Positions 31,606 through 45,407 of a stretch of 64,000 nucleotides of DNA are shown here, piece after piece. Source of the DNA: Piromyces finnis finn (taxonomy: Eukaryota > Fungi > Neocallimastigomycota). The notes under the pieces are model-generated. The model did no database searches and was not told where the DNA came from. It was given only the letters and a program-made list of their open reading frames with translations. The first letter of the stretch is position 1. Each line of letters starts with the position of its first letter. The position numbers and the translations under genes are program-made. Location of the stretch: NCBI GenBank assembly GCA_002104945.1, contig MCFH01000001.1:2418001-2482000 (forward strand), in the 5' to 3' direction.

Positions 31606-33816
31606 ATGATTCACAAAAAAGTAATTTCAATAGTTGTAATGTCATTCCTTGGAAAGGCATTAGGTAGTTGTACACATGCTACCAACTCTGGATATAAATG
31701 TTGTAAAAATTGTAATGTTGTTTTAGATGATAATACTGGTAAATGGGGTGTCGAAAATAATCAATGGTGTGGTATTGATACTTCATGGTAAGCTAATTAT
31801 TTTACTCTATTTTATTTTATTTTTAAATAAAAATATATTTTTTTAAAAAATTCAATAATTATTTAATATTAATTTTATTTTAAATTTATAAAAAATAAAA
31901 TACTTTATTATGTTTATGAATAGTACTTCTAAAAGCCAAAATGTAATATATATATATCCTTTTATTTTATATAAATATTATATTTATTCATGAATTAATA
32001 TATAATTTTAAAATTATAAATTTCACATTCTTTAAATATTTATTTTTTGAAGTGTTGGGCTAATGCTGAAGGTTATAATTGTTGTAAATCTACTACACAA
32101 GTTGTTCTCACTGATAGTAAAGGAAAATGGGGTATTGAAAATAATCAATGGTGTGGTATCATACAAACAAATTCAAATGCAAATACTGTAGAGTATTTTT
32201 TTTTTTTTTTTTTTCATAATAATTAATTTAAAATATCAATAACCACATTAATTATTACAAAGAATTATTTCTTTAAAATAAATATATTAATAGAATATTG
32301 TTTAATTTATATATATTAAATTGATGAAAAGTGTTGGGCAGCTTCTGAAGGTTATAAATGTTGTAATGGTTGTGAAGCTATTTACACTGATGGATCAAGA
32401 AGATGGGGTGTTGAAAATAATCAATGGTGTGGTATAATTGAAAGTAAATGTAAAACACAAAAAACAACTTTATCAAAAACTACAAAGAAAACAACTGCTA
32501 AGACAACAACAAAAGCAAAAACCACTAATAAAACCACTGTTAAAACAACAACTAAAAAAAATATAACTACAACTACAAAGTCAAAAACAACAACTAAAAA
32601 AACTACAATTAAAACTACATCTAGAACTACAACTAAAGCTAAAACAACAACTAAAAGCAATAATACTAATGTTAGTAGTAATTCTAATTCTTCATACTCC
32701 GCACCGAATAAATCCATGCCAGGATGGACTCCTGGAAATGATCAAGTTTTACCAGGTTTCTTATCCACTAATGGTAAGTACATTGTTGATCAAAAAGGTC
32801 GTAAGGTTAAATTAGCTGGTATTTCTTGGTTTGGTGGTGAAACTGATAACCTTTCACCACATGGATTATGGTCAAAATCTTTAGCCCATTTTATAAAGGT
32901 CATTAAGGATAATGGTTATAATCATATTCGTTACCCATGGACTAATGAAATGCTTATTTCTGGTGCTAAAACACAATCTATTAATGCAATGGAGAATCCA
33001 GATCTTGTTAATCTTACACCATTAGAAGTTATGGATGCTGTTATTGATGCCTGTGGTAAAGCTGGTTTAAAGGTTTATCTTGATCGTCACAGACCAACTG
33101 CTGCTGGACAAAGTGAACTTTGGTACATTTCTAAGGTTGATGAAAAGAAATGGATTGAAGATTGGAAATTCCTTGCTACTCGTTACAAAGGTAATCCAAC
33201 CGTTATTGGTGCTGATATTCATAATGAACCACATGGTACTGCTTGTTGGGGTTGTGGTGAAACTAAACGTGATTGGAGACTTGCTGCCGAAAGATGTGGT
33301 AATGCTATTCACGAAGTTAATCCAGACTGGCTTATTATTGTTGAAGGTAATGATCATTATGGTGAAGAAGGTTGGCAAAAAGGTGAATCCTACTGGTGGG
33401 GTGGTATGTTAAAGGGTGTCCAACAATACCCAGTAAGATTAAATAAGAAAAATAAGCTTGTTTACTCTGCACATGACTATGATAAAAATGTTCACTTACA
33501 AGATTGGTTTAAGGTTTCCAACTTCCCAGATAATATGCCATCTATTTGGGATGATAAATGGGGTTTCATTGTTAAACAAAACATTGCTCCAGTAATTATT
33601 AGTGAATTTGGTTCTCTTTTAAAGGATAAAACAGATATTAAATGGCTACAAAATTTAATTTCCTACATGAATAAGAATGATGTTCACTGGACTTTCTGGT
33701 GTTTAAATCCAAATTCTGGTGATACTGAAGGTATTCTCGGTTATGACTGGGAAACTGTTAATAAACAAAAGGATGGTATTCTTACACCAGGAAAGGCTCC
33801 AAAATTTTTATTATAA
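31606..33816 (+). CDS. Cellulosomal GH5 endoglucanase (GH5_1-like) with three N-terminal dockerins and Thr/Lys linker
   Basis: Exons 31606-31787, 31924-31942 (19-nt microexon), 32053-32187, 32332-33816 join in frame. [16 protein letters not shown] (acid/base) and ISEFG (nucleophile). Confidence 0.9.
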
Positions 33817-34204
33817 GTTTCAAAAATATTGTGAAATATTATATTCATTAGCAAAGAAAATGTAAAATAATATATAATTTGCTATTATCATTAATTTTTT
33901 TTTTTTTTTTTTTATGTACATATATAATATAAATAAAAAAATGTTTAAATTGTATTTATATATATAAACCAAGATAAATGAATAAATAAATAAAATTTTT
34001 AATTATAATTTAATTCTAATATTTTATAATTGTATGTTGAAGTAATTGAAATATTTTCTACATTGATTATATATAAATCATGATTTATTGGTCTTATTCA
34101 ATTCAGTTTTTTTTTTTTTTTTTTTTTTTTATAAAATAAAACCTAATTAATTATTATGCATTAATATTGATTTTATTATTATTTTTTTCTTTACAATTAT
34201 TTTT

Positions 34205-34239
<35 letters not shown>

Positions 34240-34348
34240 CTGAAATAATAAAAGAATAAAAGGTTTTTAAATAGTTCTCATTACTTTTAATATATCAATT
34301 ATTACAACCAAGTTTTCTATTAGAAATATTATTAAATATTGGATATTC

Positions 34349-34384
<36 letters not shown>

Positions 34385-34620
34385 GGCATCAAATATTTTA
34401 AACTTTATTATTAATTTAATTAAAATTATAATACATGTAATATAAAAATTAAAATAAAATAAAAATAAAAAAAAATATGTTTAAATAAACACAAATGAAT
34501 AAAAATTGGGTATAATGTATTCTAGTAATTTTAATTAAAGTAAGAAAGCCACTATCATACTAAAGTATAATAATTGTATTTGACTTCCAATGGGACACCG
34601 AGCCAAAGATCAAAATTTTG

Positions 34621-37600
34621 TCATGGAACAAAATTATGATCTCCATTGGTTGCGCTGGCCCTCCTGGCCTGTCTTACTGTTTCTTCAGCATTGACGCTCT
34701 TGGATGTTGCTTCAAACCTTTTGAACATTGACCATTGCTGGCCAATAGCAAAAGGCATGATTTTGGTTAGAAGTTCCGCGGTTACCGTCAAGAATGGTGT
34801 TCCTTCATTAGTACCAGATTGAATCTGACGCTTACAAATTTCTTTCCATTCCCTTGAATTGTAATTAATATTGTTAAAACTTCTTCCCCCAAGAAGGAAT
34901 TTAAATATTTTACTGCACACACTAGAATAATCATACACATTAATATTCACCGGATTATTAGAACTATTATTATCATTAACTAAATTACTATCTAAATTAG
35001 AATTATTATCTTCACTATTGCTATCATTACTAATATTATTATTTCTATTATTGTTATTATTACTATTGTTACTATTACTATTGTTACTATTACTATTGTT
35101 ATTACTACTATTGTTACTATTACTATTAATGTTATTACTATCTCTACTGATATTATCAATTTCATTATTATTGATAGGACTATTGGAATTACGTTGACTG
35201 AAAAAATTTAATAGCTGGACTATGGAATCATAATGTTTAATACGGATATCTCTAAATGTTGGACAATCTAATAACCAATGTTTAATACTTTGATCTCCAC
35301 ACTTGCAACATGGACAGTAGTTAGGACAAACTGGATCAACAAATTTGGCAGCTTTGGCAACTCTAGCATCCAACTTGTATCCGCTTCTTGCTTTCAATAG
35401 CCAGTAGAAGCCATAGGCAAACTCTGGGTATTCATAACATAATTTAATAAAATCTTTAGTTTCAATAAATTAATTATCATCATAATATTGCGCTTTGATT
35501 GAATTCCCTTTGAGATCTTTCCAATAAAAGTTTTTAATTGCTTTAATATCTTCATGTTTCTTTAATTTCTTATCAAGTGTCCTACTTGATTTGCACCACG
35601 TGTATTTTCTAAATTTAGGAATGTAATTGACAAGGTGTGAGATAATACAATTTGAGTTTTTCCATTTGTTAAAACATCTAACCTGAGCTAACGCACATTT
35701 GGCTGACAATGGAGGAATATTCAAATCTTTTGAAATAGAGTATAAAGATATAAACGATACAGCTTTATGAACTCCAGCAACCCATCGTATTCCTTTGTAA
35801 ACATGCTTCTGAGAAATCTTAGACCTAGCTTTGTTGGATCCAAGTAATGGTGCAAAGTATGAAACTCTGCTGATTACTTGTGAGTTAAGTACTAGCTTTT
35901 TGAAGGGAATAGGAATATTAGGATTTCTTAAGAATTTACTGATTGAGAAAAGTCCTTTCAAAACCTTGTTATTAAGAGCTTTAATAACTGGTTTAAGGGA
36001 CAGATTCTTATCAAATGGAACACCAAGATAAGTATAGCAATCAGTAGTTGGAATGGGTTATCCTGCTAAGTAAAATGTTGGATCTCTCTTGTTCTGATTT
36101 TCTATTGATTCAGGACGAATCACCATCGTTGAACACTTCTGGATACCAAATTCCATTTCATTATACAATGCCCATTCATTAACTCTTCTAAGCATCTTTT
36201 TTAAGCATCTTCTTGTTGGAGCACAAATAACTATATCATCTGCAAAAAGTCCACCACAGCATCGAGTGTCACCTAAACTGACTCCAAGATCTTCGCACTC
36301 TTTAAATATATCATTAATAAAGAGATTAAAGAGAATAGGAGAAAGTGGGCAACCTTGACGGACTCCTTTCTTCACATCAAAAGATTTCGAGAATTGTCCA
36401 TCTAATTTGACATTAGCCTTAGATGTTAAATATAAATTTTTGATGAATTGTAAACTCTTACCTCGGATTCCTAAACAATCTAATTTATGGAGAATATTAC
36501 CGATTGGGACTGAATCGTATGCTTTCCTGAGATCTAAAAAGGCCAAATATGTCTCTTTATTATCTAATTGACGTCTACGGCATATTTCTTGGATTGAAAT
36601 GAAAAGACTGATACTTTCTTCCTTTTTTCGAAAACCAAATTGTTCAGGTCTAATGAAATTATTCTTTAGACCATATTCTGAGATTCTAGTGGTGATAATT
36701 TTGGAAATCAACTTAATACCATTATTTATAAGTAATATGCCTCGATAGTTATCACAATCTGCCAAATCTCCCTTCTTAGGAATAAAAACAATACTGGATT
36801 CATTCCATGAGTTGGGGAAATCTCCATCCCAAATACGGTTGAATAATTTAAGAATAAAATTTAAACCATGAACATCATTATCTGAAGTAGTATTACCGGA
36901 AGAATTATTATCTGTAGCATTATTAGAATCATTACTTGATGGAATTAATGCTTTGTAAAATTCAATTGGAATACCATCCGGACCTGATGCTTTATAATTT
37001 GGAGTAGTGAGGATAGCTGACTTGACTTCATCAATACTAATATCTTGGTTGATATCCCACTCATCAAGCATAGGAAGTGAAAAACGTTTATTCGTTGGTT
37101 CTTCATACCAATGCTCCAAATCAAGACTTACACCACTTGGATCTGATGCAAGGTTTTCGAAATGATCATGCCACACATCTAGTTGTTCTTCCGTAGCAAC
37201 AACTAATTCTCCATTTTTATTTTTAATTGGTTGAGCAATAAAGAAAGAATCTTTTCCAATTTTTGCAGTTTTCTTGATCCATTTCCAGGCCTTCTTAGGA
37301 TTATGACTCTTCATATACTCACATCCTGTTTTAATCCAATGAAGATATTCTTGCTTCCTAAATTCATTACATCTTTTGTGGATGTAATCAATGAGCTTAC
37401 GGTAGATTTTAATTCTTTTAATAAATTCATCTATATCATAAATTCTTTCTTTTTTAAATCTCTTATACAACTTCATTTTGATTTTTTGAAGATTAAAAAT
37501 TTGTTGTGAAATATGAAATGAAGACTTTATAACATTATTTGCTGAAGTAATACTGAGCTCGTCTGCAATTGAAAAAGCAGTTGAAGTAAACTCTTTGGAA

Positions 37601-39132
37601 AGTTCATCTGTAGAAACATTAGGATCGTTGAATTTTGCTGAAAGTATTTGGAATTTATTATGACTAAGAATAGATTCCTTTTCCTCAATACATTTTAATC
37701 TATTCCATTTCAGAATTTTCTTAGGAACATTAAAGTCATTAGAAAAATCTTCCATAGGAATAATTTTACCATTAATAAGAAGTGGCTTATGGTCTGATAC
37801 AGGATAAAAATTATTTATAAATGATCCTGAGTGAATAAGATCTTTCATCTTCGAATTGATAAGAGCATGGTCAATGTCGGAAGATTGATCACCTCGAGTC
37901 CAAGAGATAGTCGACCCTCTAAGCGGAAGAATTTCCCAATCTCCTAATCCATTAGTTGATAACCAGTTGGATAATTTTACTTTAGACATATTAAAATCAC
38001 CAACAAGAATCGATGGATGGGATGAATGAGTTTGTAACCACAATCGAACTTCTAACTTTGCATGATCAACATAGATGTTGTGATGACTATGAGGCATATA
38101 AACATTTCCAATCGAGCATTTGAATCTATTCCAGAGACTAAAAGTATAAATAGAAATAATATACTTTCCAGAGAAGTTTTCAAGTGAGGCTTGACACGAA
38201 TTGTGAAAACCTAAATATAAACCTCTCATTCCCGGAACTGATTCATCAGCTTTCTTGAAAAAGTGTCTATAGTTTCGCAAAGTAACACGACAAGGATAAT
38301 CTGTATTCGATCCAGAACCATTACCAGTTTCTTGGAAACATAAAAATAATGGTTTGAAAATAGCTGTGAAATAGCTAATACTATCTCTCTTTTCGTGATT
38401 CCACCCATTGGTGTTCCAACTAAGACAAAAAGAAAAGTTATCAGGCTTGTTGGATGAGGAAGAATCGTTGCTATTATTATTATTATTAAAGTCATCGTTA
38501 TTAATGGATGATGCATCAGAGGAATAAGTAGAACTATTACTAGATGGCTGTGAAACTGAAGAACTATCAACTATTGAACTGTTATCAGAGTTGATAGAGC
38601 TATTAGAATTAATTGTTGAATGTTGAGATTGAAATTGTGTTTGCTGTAGATCTGGAATATTTTCATGATGGGAAACTTGTTGAAGATCTTGTTGAAGATC
38701 GGATTGTTGATGAGATTGTTGAACTGATTGTTGAAATGATTGTTGAATAGAATGTTGATGTTTATTAGAAACTAAAATTTTACGTTTGAGTGTGGAAAAA
38801 GTGTATTTGTGATTCCTTCTACTACGAGCTGAAAAGGAAATTGAGGTAACTGAAAGTTTCTTCTTTAATATGTGTAAGATTTTAATACAATCTTTCGATG
38901 AACCATGAACCTTGACTAAGAAAAAGTGATCATTGAAAGTCTGAAAATATTTAACACTAATAACTGAATTAAATTTATCTTCTAGAATAACCTCGAGTTT
39001 TTCCCATAGCATATTTACTGACCATGATCGAATACCACGGATAAAGAAGGAGCGAATATCATCTAAGGGGATACCATAAGACCGGGTACCACGTCTGATA
39101 TAATTCTTATCTTTAATATAAAGGACTGACAT
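34621..39132 (-). pseudogene. LINE single ORF (APE-RT-CCHC) with two premature in-frame TAA stops
   Basis: ORFs 36058-39132, 35470-35961 and 34621-35397 are all in one frame. SWNTNG, FQET, VGDFN, SDIDH and SDHKP (APE); GPDGIP, GVRQGCPLSPILF and FADD (RT); CPCCKC...HWLLDC. Confidence 0.9.
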
Positions 39133-39690
39133 GATAATAAATTCTAATTAAAAAATATTGAATATAAAATAAATACTAATAAAAATTATAAATATAATGT
39201 ATATGGAAAAAATCTGTCTCTCTCTCTCTTCTTAAAAGTACTGGGTAGTACAAAAATTGTTACGATGCTTTGTTTAAAGTTTCTTTTTTGAATTCTAGTT
39301 GTAAATTTTCTTTAAAAATTCTAGTTTTGGTTTGTTGTTAGTAAATTCGATTCGCTTTTTGACACTAAACTTGTTTGACTTTACTTTTCATTAAATATTT
39401 AAATTGGTAAAAAATTTGAATCAAGAATGTTGACACCAGAAAGCTTGTGAATAGTATTTTTACATGATGTAGAGTGAATCAGTCTCTTACAAGAAACAAT
39501 ACAACAATAGCTACATAAATATAAAAATACAATGCAAATGCTAAAGTTGACTACATTGGATTCTTACAAGAGAAGAGTAGTACTACATGAATACATGAAT
39601 AAAAGAAAAAATACAGCAACAAAATGTATTACTCTTCTAATTAAATACTATACAAACTTACCTGAGTATCAAACATTCAACTTATTCATC

Positions 39691-40106
39691 AAATACTTAA
39701 ATTCGATGAATAAAATGTTTTTTAATCGCTCAGTACCATGAGCTTAGTCCTAATAATTTTCCCTTAAAGACTAACCAAGCATCCATTGCGCAATGCTTGG
39801 ATTTAATTCTTTCTACTCTCTCAGTACCATGAGCATGAGTAGACCCCCTTGAGAAACTACATTTATTAAATAAATGAAGGCACGTTCCCAAGAGGGAATC
39901 AAATACTTAAATTCGATGAATAAAATGTTTTTTAATCGCTCAGTACCATGAGCTTAGTCCTAATAGTTTTCCCTTAAAGACTAACCAAGTATCCATTGCG
40001 CAATACTTGGATTTAATTCTTTCTACTCTCTCAGTACCATGAACATGAGTAGACCCCCTTGAGAAACTACATTTATTAAATAAATGATGGCACGTTCCCA
40101 AGAGGG
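39691..40106 (-). repeat. Two 210-bp tandem monomers forming the LINE 5' end
   Basis: Units at 39691-39900 and 39901-40106, about five substitutions apart, inside the TSD. Confidence 0.92.
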
Positions 40107-40490
40107 CTGGATATTCGATTAACTAATATTGAATACTATTAATTAAAAAGAATTGAAGAAAGTAGACATCCTTGATGAGTTTCATTCAAAATTTTTTATA
40201 TTTTATAATATTTATACTGTTTAAAAAAACTTATTTTAATAGTAAAAGATAGAAAGAAAACAACACTTTTTATTTAATTATTTTTTTTATTAATGTATGT
40301 TTTTTTAGATAAATAATGATTTAATAAATTATAATAAATTATATAAATACTAAAATTTTAAATATATAATAATTTTCAATTTACTAATTACTATTATATT
40401 TTTTCTAATTTATGTGTAAACGATAATTAAAAAATATTCATTAAATTGGTAAGATAAATAAAAATAATACAAACAAATAAATAAATAAAC

Positions 40491-43079
40491 TTAATATCCA
40501 ATTTCCTTAGCTAAATCATAAATTCTAGCAGCACTAACTTCTAATTCTTCCATAGTTAATTCATTAGTTTCTAATGCTTTAAGAATGTTATCGTAATCAC
40601 CTTGAGAACCTGGCATATAAATATCACCAGTAGCCTTAATAACATTGTTAGAATATGGAATAGCATATTTTTGATTATCTGGGAAACCACTCATCCAATC
40701 AGTCATAACAATACCATTGAAATCGAATTCATTTCTTAAGATATCATTAGTTAATTCTTTACTTTCATTAGTGTGAACACCATTAACTAAGTTGTAAGAA
40801 GTCATGATAGCTTTTGGATTAGATTCTCTGATAGCAATTTCAAAGCCCTTTAAATAAATTTCTCTCATAGCTCTTTCAGAAACATGACTGTTACTGTAGT
40901 AACGGTTAGTTTCTTGATTGTTAGCAGCATAGTGCTTCATAGTTACAAATGCTTTATCATGTATTTGAACACCATTTGTAATAGCAGCAGCCATAATACC
41001 ACTGATTAATGGATCTTCAGAGTAGTATTCAAAGTTTCTACCACATAAAATACTTCTATGGATATTTAAGGCTGGAGCAAGCCATAATTGAACCTTGAAG
41101 ATTTTCATTTCAGCACCAACAATATCACCACAAACATAAGCAAATTCCCTGTTCCAACTTTGAGCAATAGCTGTACCAATTGGAATAGCAGTAGCATATT
41201 GATGGTAAATTGTAGCACCTTCTGGAATTTGTGGATTCATGTATGAAATCATTTCCTTGAATTCATCTGTTAAAACATCTATTAAAGCAGCGAATGGACC
41301 TTCGGTAGTGTGAGCACCAGTTTCATCAATGAAGTAATCCTTAGCTAATCTTAAACCAGCTGGACCATCAGCCATAATAACAGGTCTTAAATCAGCAACC
41401 ATAGCAGTTTGACCAGCAGCACCAGCAACACTGAAAGCAGCAGCACCAACAATACTACTAGAACCTTCAGTAGCGCCAAAGGCACCAATTACTAAAGTAG
41501 CTTTTTGTTCTGGGGTTAGAGCTTTAACTTCATCAGAAACTGGATATGTTTTGTCGTAAGTTTGAATGATGGTTTGAATGGAAGAAGCATCAAGAATGAA
41601 CTTTGGAATAGTAGCTAATTCAGCTTCAGAATCTTGTTTCATAGAAACTGTAGTGAAATCTTCAAAATCTGGAGTACCTAATTTGTTTTGTAATTGTTTA
41701 ACAACAATCTTAGATTCAACATTAATTTGACCACAAAGGGAGGTATTTCTACTGGAATTACCAATACGAACAAGGTAAGCACCAGAGTCTAATATGTAGG
41801 TAGCAGTAGCAGTATCATAACTAGCAAAGTCGGAAAGTTTAAATTTAAGGTTAAGAAGATCAGATTCAGTTGGAGCTAATTCCTTAGTTTTACCAAATTG
41901 AACCAAAACTTGGTATGGTTCATCTAAAGTAGTGCTTGGTTTTGATAAGTATAATTGAATAACTTCCTTTCCCTTAAATTCACCAATATTTTCAACTGAA
42001 ACAACAACATTAAATTCTTCACCTTCAAGAGTAACGGATTGAACAGTGTATTCAAAATCTGTGTAACCTAAACCAAAACCGAATGGGAACATAACATCAA
42101 TATCAGCGGAATCGAAGTAACGGTAACCAACGTAGATACCTTCTTTGTAGTAAGTATCATCTTTATCACCGAAATCACCAATTTGAGAATAATCTTCATA
42201 TTTAGTCCAAGTAGTAGTTAATTTACCAGATGGGTATTTTTGACCACTAACAATATCAACTAATGTCTTTGAGGTATTACAACCAAGTTGAGATAAAATC
42301 AAAATATTTTGAACAGCTTCTAAACCGGATAAATCAACTGGACCACCAGTATTTAAAACAAGCATAAATTTCTTGTAACCAGTAGCTAAAGCATTAATCA
42401 TTTTGACTTCAGTGTCAGTGAGTAAGACATCACCCTTCTTTACAACTCTATCAGTACCTTCACCAGAAATTCTAGACAAGACGTAAATAGCAACATCACC
42501 TTCTTGATTAAATGGTATATCATATTCTGGTTCATCCATTTTAGCACCCATATTTTCTAACATTGACATGATTGGATTATCATATTTACTATTGATTTCT
42601 TCAAGGAATTTATGATGAGCTTCTTCATAAATTTTATCATATTCATCTAAGTAATCCTTGGATAAAATTTCATAACCACCTTTAATGAAAGCTTCTTCAA
42701 TATTTTCAAAGTATCTAGAATAGACATCACCTGAACCAGTACCACCTTTAATAGTTTTTCTAATACCATTACCGTATAAGTATATACTAGTTTCATTAGC
42801 ACTTAATGGGAAATCATTGTTTTTTCTTAATAAAACAGTACTTTCTGCAGTATATTTATCAATTATTTCAATATGTCTGGATTCATAATCACCATATTGT
42901 CTCTTTCCTATAAATTATAATATATAATATATATTAATATATTTATATTTTGATAAAATTAAATAATCAATAATTCTTTTTCTAAAAATACAGTTTTAAT
43001 AATTACCAAATTTTATTGGAACAGCAAAAGCTGAAACCAAATATATAATGGATACAATAAAAATATTAAATATTTTCAT
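40491..43079 (-). CDS. Secreted GH3 beta-glucosidase with inverted domain order
   Basis: Exons 43007-43079 and 40491-42907 join in frame. TVLL.N...FPL and YREG-like/VGYRYF plus Fn3-like region come first; MADGPAG, GRNFEYYSEDP, KHYAANNQE and VMTDW (nucleophile) lie at the C-terminus. No dockerin. Confidence 0.9.
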
Positions 43080-44923
43080 TTTTACTTTTGAATTTTAAAA
43101 TTGATGTAAAGTATGAAAGAAAGAAAGGCAAAACTTTGAGTTATTTATATTATTTTTGTATTAATATATTAATTTAATAATTTATATCATAAAATTTAAT
43201 TAGTATTAAAATTAAAAAAAAAAACATACAAACAAGGGGTTTTCTTTCTTAATATGAAAAAAAAGGAGAGAAAGTACATTAATTATTATATATACCAACA
43301 TTTATATTTTTATTGATTAATATATTTAAATATTCATTTAATTATCATAATGATTTATTTATTTATAATTTATTCATTCATTGACTTATTTCATTATTAT
43401 TTATTTTTTCCTATTTATATAAAAAAAATTTACACTAATTTTTTGTGATACCTCTAATAATAAAGGGCCAATAAAAATTGTGTAAAACAAAATTGTAATA
43501 CATTAGAATATTTTCTATTTATGATTTTATTTTATATTAAAATACAAATCAGTAATCCTATTTTACATCTTACCTAGTGTATAAATTATAATAAAATATA
43601 TTGTACTTCATGCCTATAAATATTTAAAATAATAATAAATGAAATTACAATAATTTATAATCACAATTAATAGTAATTTATTTTTATATTATTTTTTAAA
43701 ATATTGAATTCGCTTAGTTAAACATTACTATATTATTTATATATTATTTATATAATTAATACATTATTATACATAATTTTACATAAATCTTTAAAAACCA
43801 TATCATTATACCGTTTAAATCTTTTTTTTTTTTAATATATTAATGAATAAAAAAATAAATTAAATTTTATTATTTAATTTATTTTATTTTCTTACCGTAA
43901 CCTTCAAAAAGTTACCGCAAAACATAAAAATTTATTCAATTCTAATTTAGATCAAATAAATTAGGGAAATATTAGGGAAGAGGTTAATAATAAAAGAAAA
44001 AAAAGGGATAAATTACTATTATCAAAAAGTTGAAAAATAATATTAAAAAATTGAAAAAAAAAAAAAAAAAGATATTAAATGCGGAAGAATTTCAATAAAA
44101 AGTATATTAATAAATAATAATTTTTTCTTTTAATATTTATAAAATATATAAAATATAAAATCCAAAAGCCAAATTTATTATTACTAATTTGCATAGTTTT
44201 TGTTACAAAATAGGAGTTTATTGTAATGAACAAAATGTAACAAAAATATTCAATTTATTATAAAACAATATTGAGATAAAGTGAAGTGATGGTATATATT
44301 GTGATTTATAATAAAAACATAAAAATATACAAAGAAACATATAAAAAAATATTTAATTTCTTTTTCTCTCCTTTAAATATATATATAAGAATTTTTTATT
44401 TTTTGTATTAAAATGCAACATTAATAATAATTATTTTTAATTTTTCTTTCTATTCCCGTAACATTTTTTATAATACTTCATATATTTTTTATATATTTAT
44501 TAATATTTTGTTCTTATTTACAATTATTATGAAAATAATTGATATAATAAAGAATAATAAAGATCCAAAGCAGTTAAGAAATATTAATATTACTAAAATA
44601 TTAATGAATAAAAGTTATATATATTATGATTGTTTATAAATATCAGGATATTCATTAGTTCAAATATATAAAACTTAAACTAATAAAATTATGATTACTA
44701 AAATAAATGATTATCATCGACAACCATTTATTTTAGTATCATACATATAATGTTGCATTAAATTTGAATATAAGGGTTCAAAATTCTTAAAAAGTTTATA
44801 TATAATATTTTATTTATTATTTATTCATAATTAATAATAACAGTAATTATAATTAATATTTTAACCATTTTCATTTTTTAAATACCATCAAATTAGTTTA
44901 TCAAACTCCATAAATATAAAATA

Positions 44924-45048
<125 letters not shown>

Positions 45049-45407
45049 CTACATTATAAAAATGTATAAAAAATAATAAGGTACTCTATACAAATTTTCA
45101 TTGAATAAATAGTTTAAAATTGTTTTGACTTTTTTTTTAATTTTCCAAAACACTATATTTTCCTCTATAGATTTAATAGTTTCATTATTTTTTTTTTTTT
45201 TTTTTTTGATATATTATTCTATATTGTTATATTATAAATCAATGATATAAAAATAATATTTGACTAATACTAAGTTTATATAATTATTTCTACATAATAA
45301 AAGAATGAAATATAAATGTATGAAAATGTATTGTAAAAGAAAAATGTATAATTCATATAGTTCTAGTATTATAATTGGTCAATTGATTATTATATAAGTT
45401 TCATTAG

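Larger units (their letters stand above)
34353..40107 (-). mobile_element. Full-length non-LTR retrotransposon (LINE; APE endonuclease, RT, CCHC finger)
   Basis: Poly(A) tail seen as T-run 34351-34381; 13-bp TSD TGGATATTCGATT at 34340-34352 and 40108-40120. Confidence 0.92.

Noticed and set aside
39532-39741. 69-aa ORF in the LINE 5' UTR as an ORF0/ORF1
   Set aside because: Antisense, short, runs into the monomer, and has no recognisable motif.
39691-40106. CRISPR-like array
   Set aside because: Only two whole-unit tandem copies, no unique spacers, eukaryotic context.
39691-40107. Known ribozyme class (hammerhead, twister, HDV-like, hairpin) in the LINE monomers or E1/E2
   Set aside because: By eye I could not build complete cores: no CUGANGA plus GAAA junction, no P1.1/P2 pseudoknot, no twister L1 pairing. 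Only a formal covariance search can exclude them.
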